Origin: Nitrosopumilus sp.
GTDB taxonomy: Archaea; Thermoproteota; Nitrososphaeria; Nitrososphaerales; Nitrosopumilaceae
DNA length: 64,000 nt
Reading direction: 5' to 3'
Assembly (NCBI GenBank): GCA_965223425.1
Contig: OZ245003.1
Span: 1,504,001-1,568,000 of the forward strand
Under the pieces are notes generated by a model. The model was not told where the DNA came from. It was given only the letters and a program-made list of their open reading frames with translations, and did not search any database. How positions within the stretch are numbered: position 1 is the first letter of the stretch; the number at the start of each line of letters is the position of its first letter. Position numbers and translations under genes: made by a program. This document shows positions 52,671 through 63,179 of the stretch, in pieces.

Positions 52671-52856
52671 TACAAAGAAATTCCTTTTAGTTTGGATATA
52701 AATTTTTGATATATGTATGTTTTAGGAGAGAATTTTTCAGCAACTTACATAATTTTCCTATTTTCCTGCTCATTTCAATCAAATTCAAATTAGTGTCACC
52801 TAATTTTTAAAAAATTTGTGGGAAAGTATTAATTGTTCAGAGAACGAATCATCGAT

Positions 52857-53675
52857 ATGCAAGAAGCAACAGTTGCAGAACAATCTTCTAAAATATTTAC
52901 AGATGTACGCGAAGTAGAAATAACACGTGCAATTGCAAATGAATTCCATGACGTTTTAATTGATAGGGCAGAATCAGATGTTATTATTATTGGCGCAGGC
53001 CCTGCAGGATTAACGGCAAGCAGGGAGCTTTCAAACATGGGTTACAAAGTTCTAGTCATTGAACAGAACAACTACCTAGGAGGAGGCTACTGGTTAGGGG
53101 GATACATGATGAATCCTGTCACAGTTAGAGAACCTGCTCAAAAAATTTGGGACGAATTAGGAGTTCCATACAAAAAAGTCGCAGATGGGTTGTATCTAAC
53201 ACCAGGACCGCATGCAGTATCAAAATTAGTTGCAGGTGCATGCGATGCAGGAGTAAAATTCCTTCAACTGACAAAGTTTGATGATTTAGTGTTAAAGAAC
53301 GGAAGAGTTGTAGGAATTGTTGTTAATTGGATGCCAGTGTCAGCATTGCCACGTAACATTACATGTGTTGATCCAGTTGCTTTCGAGGCAAAAGTAATCA
53401 TTGATGCATCAGGCCACGATTCTGTAGCTGTAAAAAGACTTGTAGATAGAGGGTTAGCCGAATGGAAAGGAATGGAACCAATGTTTGTCAACGACGGAGA
53501 AGAACACGTTGTCAACAAAACAGGAGAAGTGTATCCAGGGTTAGTTGCAACAGGAATGTCAGTCACTGAAACACACGGGTTGGCGCGAATGGGCCCAACA
53601 TTTGGTTCAATGCTGTATTCAGGAAAAAGGGCAGCTGAGATTACAGCAGCAAAAATCAAAGAGTTAGAAAGATAA
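52857..53675 (+). CDS. thi4: Thiazole synthase Thi4
   Basis: GAGPAG, CVDP, RMGPTFGSM; start MQEAT. Confidence 0.93.
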   Translation: MQEATVAEQSSKIFTDVREVEITRAIANEFHDVLIDRAESDVIIIGAGPAGLTASRELSNMGYKVLVIEQNNYLGGGYWLGGYMMNPVTVREPAQKIWDELGVPYKKVADGLYLTPGPHAVSKLVAGACDAGVKFLQLTKFDDLVLKNGRVVGIVVNWMPVSALPRNITCVDPVAFEAKVIIDASGHDSVAVKRLVDRGLAEWKGMEPMFVNDGEEHVVNKTGEVYPGLVATGMSVTETHGLARMGPTFGSMLYSGKRAAEITAAKIKELER

Positions 53676-53698
53676 GCCATCATAAAAACAAGATATTA

Positions 53699-54466
53699 TT
53701 GAAAACCCGTAGAATCATTCTCTATAATGAGCCCAAGGTTACTGAAATACAAATAGAAAAACTAGCACAGTTTCTTGCAAAAATGTTTTCAATCGAAGTA
53801 GAAATCAGAGAAAATTTCTTTCAGGTTTCAAGTGATAAAATATTTGAAAAGATTGCAGGTACCAGAATTTTTGATTTAAGGAAATCATTTAAAAAACACA
53901 GTCCCTCATCTTTTGATGTTTCAATAGAAAAAGAAAACACGGACATGTCTCAAGAAGATGAGATGGTACTGTACGATGGGTTTGAATTTTACAAAACAAT
54001 ATCAGAATTTATTCCAGCAAAGGAAAATAAAATGGATATATTACACATAGTTTTTACAAGTAAACTTACATGTACTTTTGATGAAGATGATTGCAGATAT
54101 CATGCAAGGGCATTAATTGGATCCAATCCTACAATAATTTCAACAACAGGAATGGTGGAAGCGCCAGCAAAGCCTAAACAATACTACTTGGATCTAATGA
54201 CAAACTTTTCAAAAGAAAAAATAAAAGATGTTAAAAAAAAATACAGGGGGGAATTTTTGGAATATCATGATTTGCGAACATCAGAAATTGCAGAAGGATA
54301 TCTATTACAAGCCATCATGTATTATGAGACAGGGGAGGCATTTTGTGAGCACAAAGATTGCAGATTGTTTAATGCTCATTGGCAAAATGAACTTTTTTTC
54401 TCACAATTAGAAAACAGAAAATTTTGCAAAAAACATCAAGAAATTTTAGATGGGTTAAAAAATTAG
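53699..54466 (+). CDS. Putative metallopeptidase-like hypothetical protein
   Basis: YHAR, GMVEAPAKP, FC...CRL.NAHWQ...FC. Confidence 0.6.
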   Translation: MKTRRIILYNEPKVTEIQIEKLAQFLAKMFSIEVEIRENFFQVSSDKIFEKIAGTRIFDLRKSFKKHSPSSFDVSIEKENTDMSQEDEMVLYDGFEFYKTISEFIPAKENKMDILHIVFTSKLTCTFDEDDCRYHARALIGSNPTIISTTGMVEAPAKPKQYYLDLMTNFSKEKIKDVKKKYRGEFLEYHDLRTSEIAEGYLLQAIMYYETGEAFCEHKDCRLFNAHWQNELFFSQLENRKFCKKHQEILDGLKN

Positions 54467-54550
54467 ATTAAAAATTGAGTTTTACAAATATCGGGCATGT
54501 TCAAAAAGGATATTCACTTAAATTATTGAAGCATGGCAGGGTGAATTATC

Positions 54551-55546
54551 ATGATGGCAGCAGATGAAGGCGCAACAGTACTTGAAACAAAAGATGATGA
54601 GCCAAAAATTCCAGACAAGGCAAAGACAAAATTTGATGTGATAGTTATTGGGGCAGGCCCTTCAGGATATACCGCAGGAATTTACTGCTCAAGGGCCGGA
54701 TATGATACCTTGATCTTATCAGGCATACTGCCAGGAGGGCAGCTAGTCAACACTACTGAAGTTGAGAATTATCCTGGATTTGAAAATGGGATCATGGGTC
54801 CGGATTTAATGATTGATATGAGAAAGCAATGTCAGCGAATGGGAACCACCATTATTGACGATGAAGCAGCTGATGTGGATTTTAGACGAAAATCCCTCAA
54901 AGTTTTAACAGCATCTGAAGAATACGAAGGACGGGCAGTGATTATTGCAACAGGGGCAAATCCTAGAAAGCTGGGATTGGAAGGCGAGCAAACGTTTGGA
55001 GGCAAAGGAGTCTCATATTGTGCAACATGTGATGGGCCATTCTTTAGAAATCAAGAACTGATAGTTGCAGGAGGAGGAGACTCTGCAATAGAAGAGGCAA
55101 CATTTCTGACAAAGTTTGCAACAACAGTTCATTTAGTTCACAGAAGAAGTGAATTGCGTGCAAGTAAAGTAATGCAAGAAAGGGCATTCAACAATGAAAA
55201 GATAAAATTTCATTGGGATTCTGCCGTAGTGGACATTAAAGGAGACCAAAAAATGCAGCAAGCAGTTCTAAAAAATTTGAAAACAAATGAAGAAACCACG
55301 CTTGATGTCGGGGGTCTTTTTGTTGCAATTGGACATGAGCCTAATACAAAATTATTCAAAGATCAAATTGAGTTAGATGATCAAGGATACATCATTCTAA
55401 AGGATAAGACACAAACAAACGTAGAAGGAGTTTTTGCTGCTGGAGATGTACATGATAGAAGTTATAGGCAAGCAGTAACTGCTGCAGGATATGGCTGCAT
55501 GGCTGCAATTGATGTAGACAAATATCTTACAGAAAGTGCAGCATGA
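54551..55546 (+). CDS. trxB: Thioredoxin reductase
   Basis: GAGPSG, CATCDG, GGGDSA, FAAGD. Confidence 0.97.
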   Translation: MMAADEGATVLETKDDEPKIPDKAKTKFDVIVIGAGPSGYTAGIYCSRAGYDTLILSGILPGGQLVNTTEVENYPGFENGIMGPDLMIDMRKQCQRMGTTIIDDEAADVDFRRKSLKVLTASEEYEGRAVIIATGANPRKLGLEGEQTFGGKGVSYCATCDGPFFRNQELIVAGGGDSAIEEATFLTKFATTVHLVHRRSELRASKVMQERAFNNEKIKFHWDSAVVDIKGDQKMQQAVLKNLKTNEETTLDVGGLFVAIGHEPNTKLFKDQIELDDQGYIILKDKTQTNVEGVFAAGDVHDRSYRQAVTAAGYGCMAAIDVDKYLTESAA

Positions 55547-55559
55547 GACCACCTCTCGC

Positions 55560-56000
55560 CAGAACAGGCAACATTCCACAGCTTGGGAAGATATGCAGGC
55601 CAAAGAAAGTCACGAGCAGGGCAGGCATCAGAAAAATTCAGGATGTGGGTATGATAAAAAACCTACGGGTGTGATACGCATGAAAAAACAGACGCACAAA
55701 AGCAATTCAAAAAGATCCCATCATCAGATATGTCGTATAATGACCAAGAGTTACGTCAATTCTTCCTATGCGGATCATATGTTATCGCATCCTTTCTGAT
55801 CATTGCATGATACAGCAGAAGGCTCCCGTTCACCATATATCATCATTTTTGCGGCATTTTGTTTTTTATTCACCTGAGTCAGTCTGTGAAATGCCCTTGT
55901 ACATGGCAGCAATCCTTTGACTCAGGCCCACAGTAAGAAACATCACAAGATAAAACATCACAAGATGCAGAAAAGACTGTATAACGTCTGTAAAGCTGTC
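55560..56000 (-). pseudogene. Decayed coding remnant, possibly cytochrome b-like
   Basis: Broken frames give FLHLVMFL and TRRFF...FLMPALLVTFFGLHIF; many stops; boundaries approximate. Confidence 0.25.
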
Positions 56001-56054
56001 GTTGCCTAAACCGGAAATATGGATCTTTAATTGTGAGCCTAAACATAGAAGCTT

Positions 56055-56534
56055 ATGAGTCAGGATAAAGAAAATCTAAAGAAATTGGCCAAAGAATACA
56101 GTGACAAATTGGCAAAACTAGGAATGGAATTAGATGAAATTCAGTTTAGCTACAAGGTAGAAGAAAAACCGTCCAAAGAATATTGGGAGAAAAGAATCAG
56201 GGATTTTAAGAAATACAGTGAAAAAGGTATGGAATATTATAATCAAGTATATTCATTAATGAAATTAGTTAGTAATGAAGAATCACAGATGTTTCTATTA
56301 CATACAAGTAAATGTCATCAACTTGGAGCAACGTTAATCGAAGTTATGGAGAAAATAAAAGAAACTCCATCAATTAGTGATTCAAGGGACAAGCAACAAA
56401 GTCAATGGAGTAAGGAGATAAAAAGTCAGATCACAGAGCAGAGTAACAAATGCTTACATCACGAAATATACATGAATACATCATTTAGAGGATTTTATGA
56501 GAAACGTCTAAAGAAAATTTTAGAGCAAGTATGA
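56055..56534 (+). CDS. Hypothetical helical protein
   Basis: 159-aa ORF. Confidence 0.6.
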   Translation: MSQDKENLKKLAKEYSDKLAKLGMELDEIQFSYKVEEKPSKEYWEKRIRDFKKYSEKGMEYYNQVYSLMKLVSNEESQMFLLHTSKCHQLGATLIEVMEKIKETPSISDSRDKQQSQWSKEIKSQITEQSNKCLHHEIYMNTSFRGFYEKRLKKILEQV

Positions 56535-57530
56535 TCAGTATGCCAATTCAGACATGTGTTTTGCATCTCTGACAGAACTGTCAAACTCTTCTTCAGTCAT
56601 GATGTTCTGAGTCGCATAAACACTCTTGAATTTTCGTCCATCATCAGCAAAAATTCCCACAACACATGCATCTTCTTTGATAGGATATTTTTTCATACAT
56701 GCATAAACTGCAGCAGATGAAGGACTGATTAAAAGTCTGTCTTTTTTGAATACTTCTTTTACGAATGAAAACGCCTCATCATTGTCTACTGAAACCCAAT
56801 CATCTACAACATTTTCTCTTTTCAAAAATAAATCCGGTTTTGCAGATTCTTCAAAATTTCTCCATCCTTGAATTAAGTGGTTTTGCTGTGGCTGACACCC
56901 AATTATCCGTACATCAGGATTCTTTTCCTTTAGAAATGCACCAATGCCAGTAATCGTTCCACCAGTACCCACACCTGTAAAGAAATGAGTCACTCTACCG
57001 TCAGTTTGCCTCCAAATTTCGGGTCCGGTTCCAACATAGTGGCCCCTGAAATTTGCTTCATTGGCATATTGATTTGGGGAATAATACGTGTCAGGCCTTG
57101 ATGATGCAATCGATGTTGCAAGCGCAATGCTTTGATCAGTTCCAGCGCCAACTTTTGGACACAAGTCATCGCTTGTCTCAAATATCTTGGCACCAAGATT
57201 TCGAATAATATCTTTTGTTTCATTACTAGCTTTTTCTGGAATAACTATCTCAACTTTGTAACCTAAAAGATTGGCAATGCCAGTCAATGCAATTCCAGTA
57301 TTTCCAGAAGTTGGTTCGATGATGATGCTTTTTCCTTTTGTTAGAATTCCTTTTTCCTCACCGTTTTTTATCATCCAATATGCCGCTCTATCTTTTACAG
57401 AACCAAACGGATTATGGCCCTCTAATTTTGCAAAATATTCTACGTTACTGTGAGAAAGAGAATCCAATTTTACGATAGGCGTGTTACCTACACGATTCAA
57501 TACGTCCGTATCAGCAACAGTAGTGGTCAT
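56535..57530 (-). CDS. cysK: Cysteine synthase
   Basis: NPFGSVKDR, PTSGNTG, GVGTGGT. Confidence 0.9.
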   Translation of the reverse strand: MTTTVADTDVLNRVGNTPIVKLDSLSHSNVEYFAKLEGHNPFGSVKDRAAYWMIKNGEEKGILTKGKSIIIEPTSGNTGIALTGIANLLGYKVEIVIPEKASNETKDIIRNLGAKIFETSDDLCPKVGAGTDQSIALATSIASSRPDTYYSPNQYANEANFRGHYVGTGPEIWRQTDGRVTHFFTGVGTGGTITGIGAFLKEKNPDVRIIGCQPQQNHLIQGWRNFEESAKPDLFLKRENVVDDWVSVDNDEAFSFVKEVFKKDRLLISPSSAAVYACMKKYPIKEDACVVGIFADDGRKFKSVYATQNIMTEEEFDSSVRDAKHMSELAY

Positions 57531-57537
57531 GTTTTGG

Positions 57538-57768
57538 CTATTTCACCTTTTTAATTTGAAATGCAATTACGTTTCCATCTTTGGACATGCCTAATAACTC
57601 ATGACCATTTCTTGTAACCCATCTAGAGATATCATCTTCAGCAGCTGGATCATCTGCAAGCACAGTAATAGTTTCACCTGCTTGCATTCGCTCGATTTCA
57701 ATTTTTGTTCTAAACACAGGTTCAGGACAAAATAATCCAGTCGCATCTAATTTTTTTTCTTCAGACAT
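57538..57768 (-). CDS. tusA: TusA/SirA sulfur carrier
   Basis: LDATGLFCPEP, DDP; start MSEEK. Confidence 0.88.
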   Translation of the reverse strand: MSEEKKLDATGLFCPEPVFRTKIEIERMQAGETITVLADDPAAEDDISRWVTRNGHELLGMSKDGNVIAFQIKKVK

Positions 57769-57832
57769 TGATATCCAGTTCATCAAAGGCGTTTTGTCAT
57801 ATTAAAATCTATTTCAATTTAGCTTGTCCTAC

Positions 57833-58747
57833 TTACAATGCCATCTTGAATATCGTGCCAAGGTTTCGATCTTTCATAAAGATTGGATCTTTATTTTGGA
57901 AATTAATTTTTTGAGAAATTCGTTTCAAAAAATAAATTGCAATTTTGTAAGACAGTGGCCATAACGAGCTATTTTGATTTGAATTATAAATTTTTAGCAA
58001 TAATTTAAAGAGCCATTTTGTGTTTGGATAATGTTCAGAAACATAATCCATTATGTAGTCCTTTGAAGTGTTAATTTTGTACTTTAGATGATGGATTATT
58101 TCATTTTCTAATGCATAGCCTGTTTGAGAGATTCGAATTTTGCCACGTTTCATTGCATGTAAAACATCATCTAGGTTATTTTCTGAATCAATTACATTAA
58201 CACATCTGCCAAGAGTAGACAGTACATGGGAATCACTGCCAGATGCCTGGATCATGTTGTTATCTAATGCAAATTGAGTTGCACATGCGTTTGATAGCAA
58301 ATCAACATTATTGCTATTGAAAACTTCAACCATATCACATTTTTTAGAATTTTCGCGTAATGCATCAACTATACTGAACGGATGAGGCGCAGATGATATC
58401 CCATCTTGTTTTCTTATTTCATCGATTACCTCATCAATGGAGAGCCCAGGGCTGATTTTTTCATGAATTCCATATGCCAAGACATGGGCCCCACTATCAG
58501 TTGTGATCTCTTCGGCGGGAAGAACATCAATGTTTTTGAATTTATTATGATCATTTCTGTATTCTAATAACTGATTGTATCCATTCAGAGTGTTATGGTT
58601 TGTAACAAAAATTGCATCTAAACCTAATTCATATGATTGCTCTAATTGTTCCCTAATGGAAACATCGCAATCATAAGGCGGTTCTTTTTTGCCGAGATGA
58701 AAATTTGAAAAAGAGTTATGGCAATGTAGCTCAGTCTTTATGGACAT
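57833..58747 (-). CDS. PHP domain phosphoesterase
   Basis: ELHCH, TNHN, PHPF, GSDSH. Confidence 0.88.
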   Translation of the reverse strand: MSIKTELHCHNSFSNFHLGKKEPPYDCDVSIREQLEQSYELGLDAIFVTNHNTLNGYNQLLEYRNDHNKFKNIDVLPAEEITTDSGAHVLAYGIHEKISPGLSIDEVIDEIRKQDGISSAPHPFSIVDALRENSKKCDMVEVFNSNNVDLLSNACATQFALDNNMIQASGSDSHVLSTLGRCVNVIDSENNLDDVLHAMKRGKIRISQTGYALENEIIHHLKYKINTSKDYIMDYVSEHYPNTKWLFKLLLKIYNSNQNSSLWPLSYKIAIYFLKRISQKINFQNKDPIFMKDRNLGTIFKMAL

Positions 58748-58802
58748 TTTTCATAATAAATGAGTCTCTTTAGATTATAATCCTATTGAAAAAATCATAT
58801 AA

Positions 58803-59537
58803 TTATTTAAAAAGATCTTCGCCCTCAGGACGAATCAATTCAGCGATAACATGATCTTTCATCTCAAATGAATAGCCGCGAATTATTGCCACAGGACATT
58901 TCAAAGCTTTTCCCATCACTAATTCAGCTGCAGATGAGAGTTCATCAGCAATTGCAATTTCAGTTACGCGTAAAATTTTTTTAAAAGAATCCAATGTTCC
59001 AGCATAGTCCAAGATAGGATTCAGTCCGGATATTCCTATTGCACAGTTAGTTTGTCCTATTCTGAAAGGACGTCCAAAAGTGTCAGATATTATTACAGCC
59101 ACGTCTTTGTTGATTTTTTCCTTTATTGTATTACGTATTGTTTGAGCAGAAATATCTGAGTTAATTGGAAGTAATGTGGCATGTTCATCTTTTACATTAC
59201 TTTCATCAACTCCTGCATTTGCACAGATAAAACCATTATTAGTTTCGGCAATGATAATTCCATTTTCCATTCGTACAATTCTTTTTGTTTCGGACATTAT
59301 CAGTTCTACAACTCTGGGATCCTTTTGATATTGAGATGCAATCCCTTCAGATAGCAATGATGGCTCAACAGTGGATAAATCAACAATGCGCCCTTCTTGT
59401 TTTGAGACAATCTTTTGTGCAACAACAAGAATATCGCCATCATTTATTTCAGAAGAGGATAGTATTAATTCAGACAAATCATCAGAAGATTCAATTTCTT
59501 TGTCAATATAAAGTGGGATAATTTGCAAGTGATTCAT
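58803..59537 (-). CDS. cofE: Coenzyme F420-0:L-glutamate ligase
   Basis: KIVSKQEG, ANAGVDESN, DTFGRPFR. Confidence 0.93.
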   Translation of the reverse strand: MNHLQIIPLYIDKEIESSDDLSELILSSSEINDGDILVVAQKIVSKQEGRIVDLSTVEPSLLSEGIASQYQKDPRVVELIMSETKRIVRMENGIIIAETNNGFICANAGVDESNVKDEHATLLPINSDISAQTIRNTIKEKINKDVAVIISDTFGRPFRIGQTNCAIGISGLNPILDYAGTLDSFKKILRVTEIAIADELSSAAELVMGKALKCPVAIIRGYSFEMKDHVIAELIRPEGEDLFK

Positions 59538-59562
59538 CTAAAGCAATGGAGTAAAAAATTGT

Positions 59563-60234
59563 TTATGCAGTAGCAGTAGTAGTTTCTAATTCTAATTTGT
59601 AGTGTTTGTTAATTATGTCTAAAATTTTTGAAAGATCTTTTTCTTCTAAAATCGAAGTGGCCAAATCCTTAACCAAATCTTGTGCCCTATAAGCAATTCC
59701 TAAACCGCATATATCAAATAGTTTTACATCATTTGCGCCATCAACAACACAGACAATGTCTTCTTTTTTCTCGCCCCACTCTGCAATCTTTATTTTTGCA
59801 GACTTTGACTTGTCAGAATCAATATTAATTATTACATCATCAAGCTTTCCGTCTTTGAACAACAGTTCATTAGAATATACATAATCCAAACCCAATTCTT
59901 GTTTTAATCTGTCCATCATTAGTGTAAACCCACCAGATACTGCCATAAGCTTCCACCCAGCAGCTTTGAGTATTCTACAGGCTTCTTTTGCACCAGTCAT
60001 AATTGGTAATGCATTTGCAACATCTTGACAAGTTTTTTCATCAAGTCCTTTTAAAGCAGCAACACGAGTTTTTAATCCATCTTCCCAGTTGATTTTTCCC
60101 TGAATTCCTTGTTTTGTGATTTCCCAAATTTCATCTTCTTTGTTGAGTTTTTCGGCAAGAATCGGAAGGTATTCTTCATCATACAAAACACCTTCAACAT
60201 CGAAAATTACTAACAATTGTTTTCTGATTTGCAA
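59563..60234 (-). CDS. serB: Phosphoserine phosphatase
   Basis: FDVEG, VSGGF, DGAND; start may be the TTG at 60216. Confidence 0.88.
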   Translation of the reverse strand: MQIRKQLLVIFDVEGVLYDEEYLPILAEKLNKEDEIWEITKQGIQGKINWEDGLKTRVAALKGLDEKTCQDVANALPIMTGAKEACRILKAAGWKLMAVSGGFTLMMDRLKQELGLDYVYSNELLFKDGKLDDVIINIDSDKSKSAKIKIAEWGEKKEDIVCVVDGANDVKLFDICGLGIAYRAQDLVKDLATSILEEKDLSKILDIINKHYKLELETTTATA

Positions 60235-60669
60235 AAAAATTACTAATTATATTAAAGTAGTGACTGCTTTTGCGAACTTGATTTCACGAGTAGGAAATTC
60301 ACAGACAGACGCCAAGTTTTGTGAAAAAATCACATTTTACAATAGAACCGGATCAGGATTCACAATATTAGAAACGTGTTTTGAAAGAAATCAGATCTTA
60401 TCATATTTCATATGATTGTAGCGTGTTTTGTACTATCTTGTAGTACGGTAATTGACCTTGATTTTTGTTAATTTTTTCATCATATAGTAGATGCAACGAC
60501 AGGAATATGGTTTGGGGAACAGCGAATCAAGAAAACTACGTTACAGGAGATGCAGTGTCAGCACCAGCTGCACAACAAGGATCATTTTCCTCACCGTCAG
60601 GTTTTGGTGCAGGTTTGAATGAAGGGAAACGGCATGAAGAACCATTTGCAGAACTGGCCGCAGAGGCAA

Positions 60670-61360
60670 CAGCTAAGCAAAATATGCTCTAATTCAGGCC
60701 AAATCGACTACAAAATGCAAACAGATCAATGAGGGTACGACCCCATGATTTTTGTTGTTGAGACAAAAAACCAGACAGAGCCGCGAACTGCTAAGCAATC
60801 CACGCATATGTGAAGATGTTGCAGACGGCGCCAAAAACATGCTTGCATGTGCCAACACATCAGACAGGTACAACGCAACGTTTGGAACCGATGATCTGAA
60901 CTGCGGCATGCTAAAGGATGCCACCATGATTCTTCTGTAGCAGATGCGCAAAGGCGCAAAGACACAAACGCTGCAACACCCCGTCTGGCAGGTGGATTGC
61001 ATCGGCAATCAAGGGATGAGCAGGATGCAATCCAGCACACGCTTGAAGGCCAGATAGCAAGGCATCTTGAAACCCTCAAAAGATGGGGCAGGGTTCCAAA
61101 AAAAGGACTGGACATAGCAATTGACATGCAGACATCCTGCTAGTCTTACAAAGAGAGTCTTTGTGTTCCAAAAAAAGGACTGGACATAGCAATTGACATG
61201 CGCCTCATACTGCGCTATGACAGGGTACTAGGCAAGGAGATGACACGTTCCAAATACAAGAACGGAGCCAAATACTTGGCGTTACATGAGTCCAGTGCGT
61301 AAATGACAAGATGTGTATCGTTCTTGCCGCCACATCATACCTGAAGATGCTTGAATCCTG
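60670..61360 (+). mobile_element. Degenerate ISH3-like transposase remnant
   Basis: Left end CAGCTAAGCAAAAT matches the MITE TIR; broken frames give ...GLDIAIDM...RYDR...TRSKYKNG; right limit approximate. Confidence 0.6.
61093..61201 (+). repeat. Perfect 37-bp direct repeat pair separated by a 35-bp unique insert
   Basis: GTTCCAAAAAAAGGACTGGACATAGCAATTGACATGC at 61093-61129 and 61165-61201. Confidence 0.9.
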
Positions 61361-61433
61361 ACGCATTCCTTTGGGACTTGTAAAATCAAAAATTAATTAA
61401 TTATTTATAAGTAAGAAATTTCTTACTATACAC

Positions 61434-61694
61434 ATGAGCAAGACTACACTAAAGACAGTTAATGTCTCAGAGAAGGGACAGATTACAATTCCTCGGGAAA
61501 TTCAAACGTTGTTGGGAATAAAAAAAGGAGATAGGCTTGTACTTGCAACAAAAAACAAAAAGCTTTTGATTCAAAAGGCTGCAAATTTGGAAAAACAGAT
61601 GGAATCTGATTTCAAGGACTTGTTAAAACTATCTGAGGAGACTGCAAAAGAAATGTGGGACAATAAAGATGACGAAATCTGGAATAAGGTTTAA
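61434..61694 (+). CDS. AbrB/MazE-family antitoxin
   Basis: VSEKGQITIP...LGIKKGD. Confidence 0.88.
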   Translation: MSKTTLKTVNVSEKGQITIPREIQTLLGIKKGDRLVLATKNKKLLIQKAANLEKQMESDFKDLLKLSEETAKEMWDNKDDEIWNKV

Positions 61695-62022
61695 GCGAGG
61701 TGAAATAATACTTGTGCCATTTCCTTTTACTGATATGTCAAAGTCAAAATTACGTCCAGTGTTAATTATCTCAAATGCATCTTATAGTAAAACATCATCA
61801 GATTTTGTTTGCTGTGGAATCACATCCAATCTAAGTAACAAAAACAATTCTGTTTTGATAAACAACACAGATGTAATTGATGGCATACTTCAAAAAAAGA
61901 GCAGAATAAAATTTTCAAATATTTTTACTCTACAAAAAGACTCTGCAATAAAGAGAATAGGTCAACTGAATTCAAAAAAGCTAGATATTGTAATTGGTTC
62001 AATTATGACTACGATCTCATAA
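61669..62022 (+). CDS. MazF/PemK-family toxin
   Basis: RGEIILVPFPFTD...KLRPVLIIS, GITS; overlaps the antitoxin. Confidence 0.88.
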   Translation: MTKSGIRFKRGEIILVPFPFTDMSKSKLRPVLIISNASYSKTSSDFVCCGITSNLSNKNNSVLINNTDVIDGILQKKSRIKFSNIFTLQKDSAIKRIGQLNSKKLDIVIGSIMTTIS

Positions 62023-62076
62023 AAAAACTAACTCTCAAGATCAGCTAAGCGAAATGAACACAGTTCCAAAATTAAC

Positions 62077-63129
62077 CTAGTTTTTTCTTTTAACTTCAAA
62101 AACTGTATAGCCATATTTCTGATTCATTTTATTATCAGATAATTGCTTAAACTCATATTCATGAAAATTCTTTAAAATTTGATACATATTATCACCGATT
62201 ACGAGGCTATTTTCTGGGCAAAGAGAATTAATTTTGAAACATTGATTAACAGTAGGTCCGAAAATATCACTAATATTTGAAGTAGTACTTTGAGCCACTT
62301 TTACAGAGCCGTATGTTACACTAACTTTATAATTTAATCCAGGCATATTTTCTGCTTTTAATTGTTCTTTGAGAACATCATGAGATTCAATCATGGATAT
62401 GCAACATTCTAAAATGTTTTTCATCAGTACAATATCGTTAGAATCAACATTTGAAAATCTAAACATTAGTGCATCACCAATATTTTTCACTACTTCACCA
62501 TTGTGTTCACGGACAATTTTTGCCATAAAGTTTAGAAAAATTTCATATAATTTTGTAACATCATCATCATCAGACAATTCAGCTGAAATAGCAGTCGAAT
62601 CCTTCATATCAATTACGCCTACACAATCGTTTTCAGTGTGCTGAGAAAATTTTAACAAAATCTCTTCTTGTTGTTGAATGACTTCTTCTTTTTGCTTAAT
62701 TGTAATTTGTGCCTCTTGTAGTTCTTTTGCCATAGAGTCAAAAGACGATGAAAGTTGGCCAATCTCATCACGTGATTTTATATTAGTTCTAACACTAAAA
62801 TCGCCTTTGGCAATTTTGTCAGCCGCATCACTTAGTTTTGTTATAGGGCCAGAAAGACGTTTTGAAAGAAAATATGTCAGAACACTTAATCCAACCATTA
62901 AAATCATACCAAGTATCACAATATTTTCTTCTAATTCAAAAAATGAGATTTTATCAAAATTTAGAAACAAAATTGTGGTAATCGATATTGAAATTACAGT
63001 TGCAGATAAAACCAATACCAGCAATTTTTTCTGAAGACTGAAAAAAATGGAATTAGACATGTTTGTTATTGTAGATACTTTTTGTTTATATTCTAAAGGT
63101 AACTGATCGGGTTCATGAAGTTCAGGCAC
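62077..63129 (-). CDS. HAMP-domain class III adenylate/guanylate cyclase-like membrane protein
   Basis: Two TM helices, DEIGQL HAMP, IDMKDST, KNIGDAL, DIFGPTVN; start may be MSNS at 63060. Confidence 0.85.
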   Translation of the reverse strand: MPELHEPDQLPLEYKQKVSTITNMSNSIFFSLQKKLLVLVLSATVISISITTILFLNFDKISFFELEENIVILGMILMVGLSVLTYFLSKRLSGPITKLSDAADKIAKGDFSVRTNIKSRDEIGQLSSSFDSMAKELQEAQITIKQKEEVIQQQEEILLKFSQHTENDCVGVIDMKDSTAISAELSDDDDVTKLYEIFLNFMAKIVREHNGEVVKNIGDALMFRFSNVDSNDIVLMKNILECCISMIESHDVLKEQLKAENMPGLNYKVSVTYGSVKVAQSTTSNISDIFGPTVNQCFKINSLCPENSLVIGDNMYQILKNFHEYEFKQLSDNKMNQKYGYTVFEVKRKN

Positions 63130-63179
63130 GGATGGCCTCTGTGAGCCGGCAGTTACATGGGATCAGGCTGAAATATCGA

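Noticed and set aside
50068-57786. Sulfur genes (sir, rhodanese, cysK, tusA) as part of the phosphorothioation system
   Set aside because: About 25 kb away in housekeeping context, and the island has its own desulfurase
61093-61201. Bona fide CRISPR array
   Set aside because: Only two repeats, which encode transposase sequence, and no cas genes or leader; kept as a finding only
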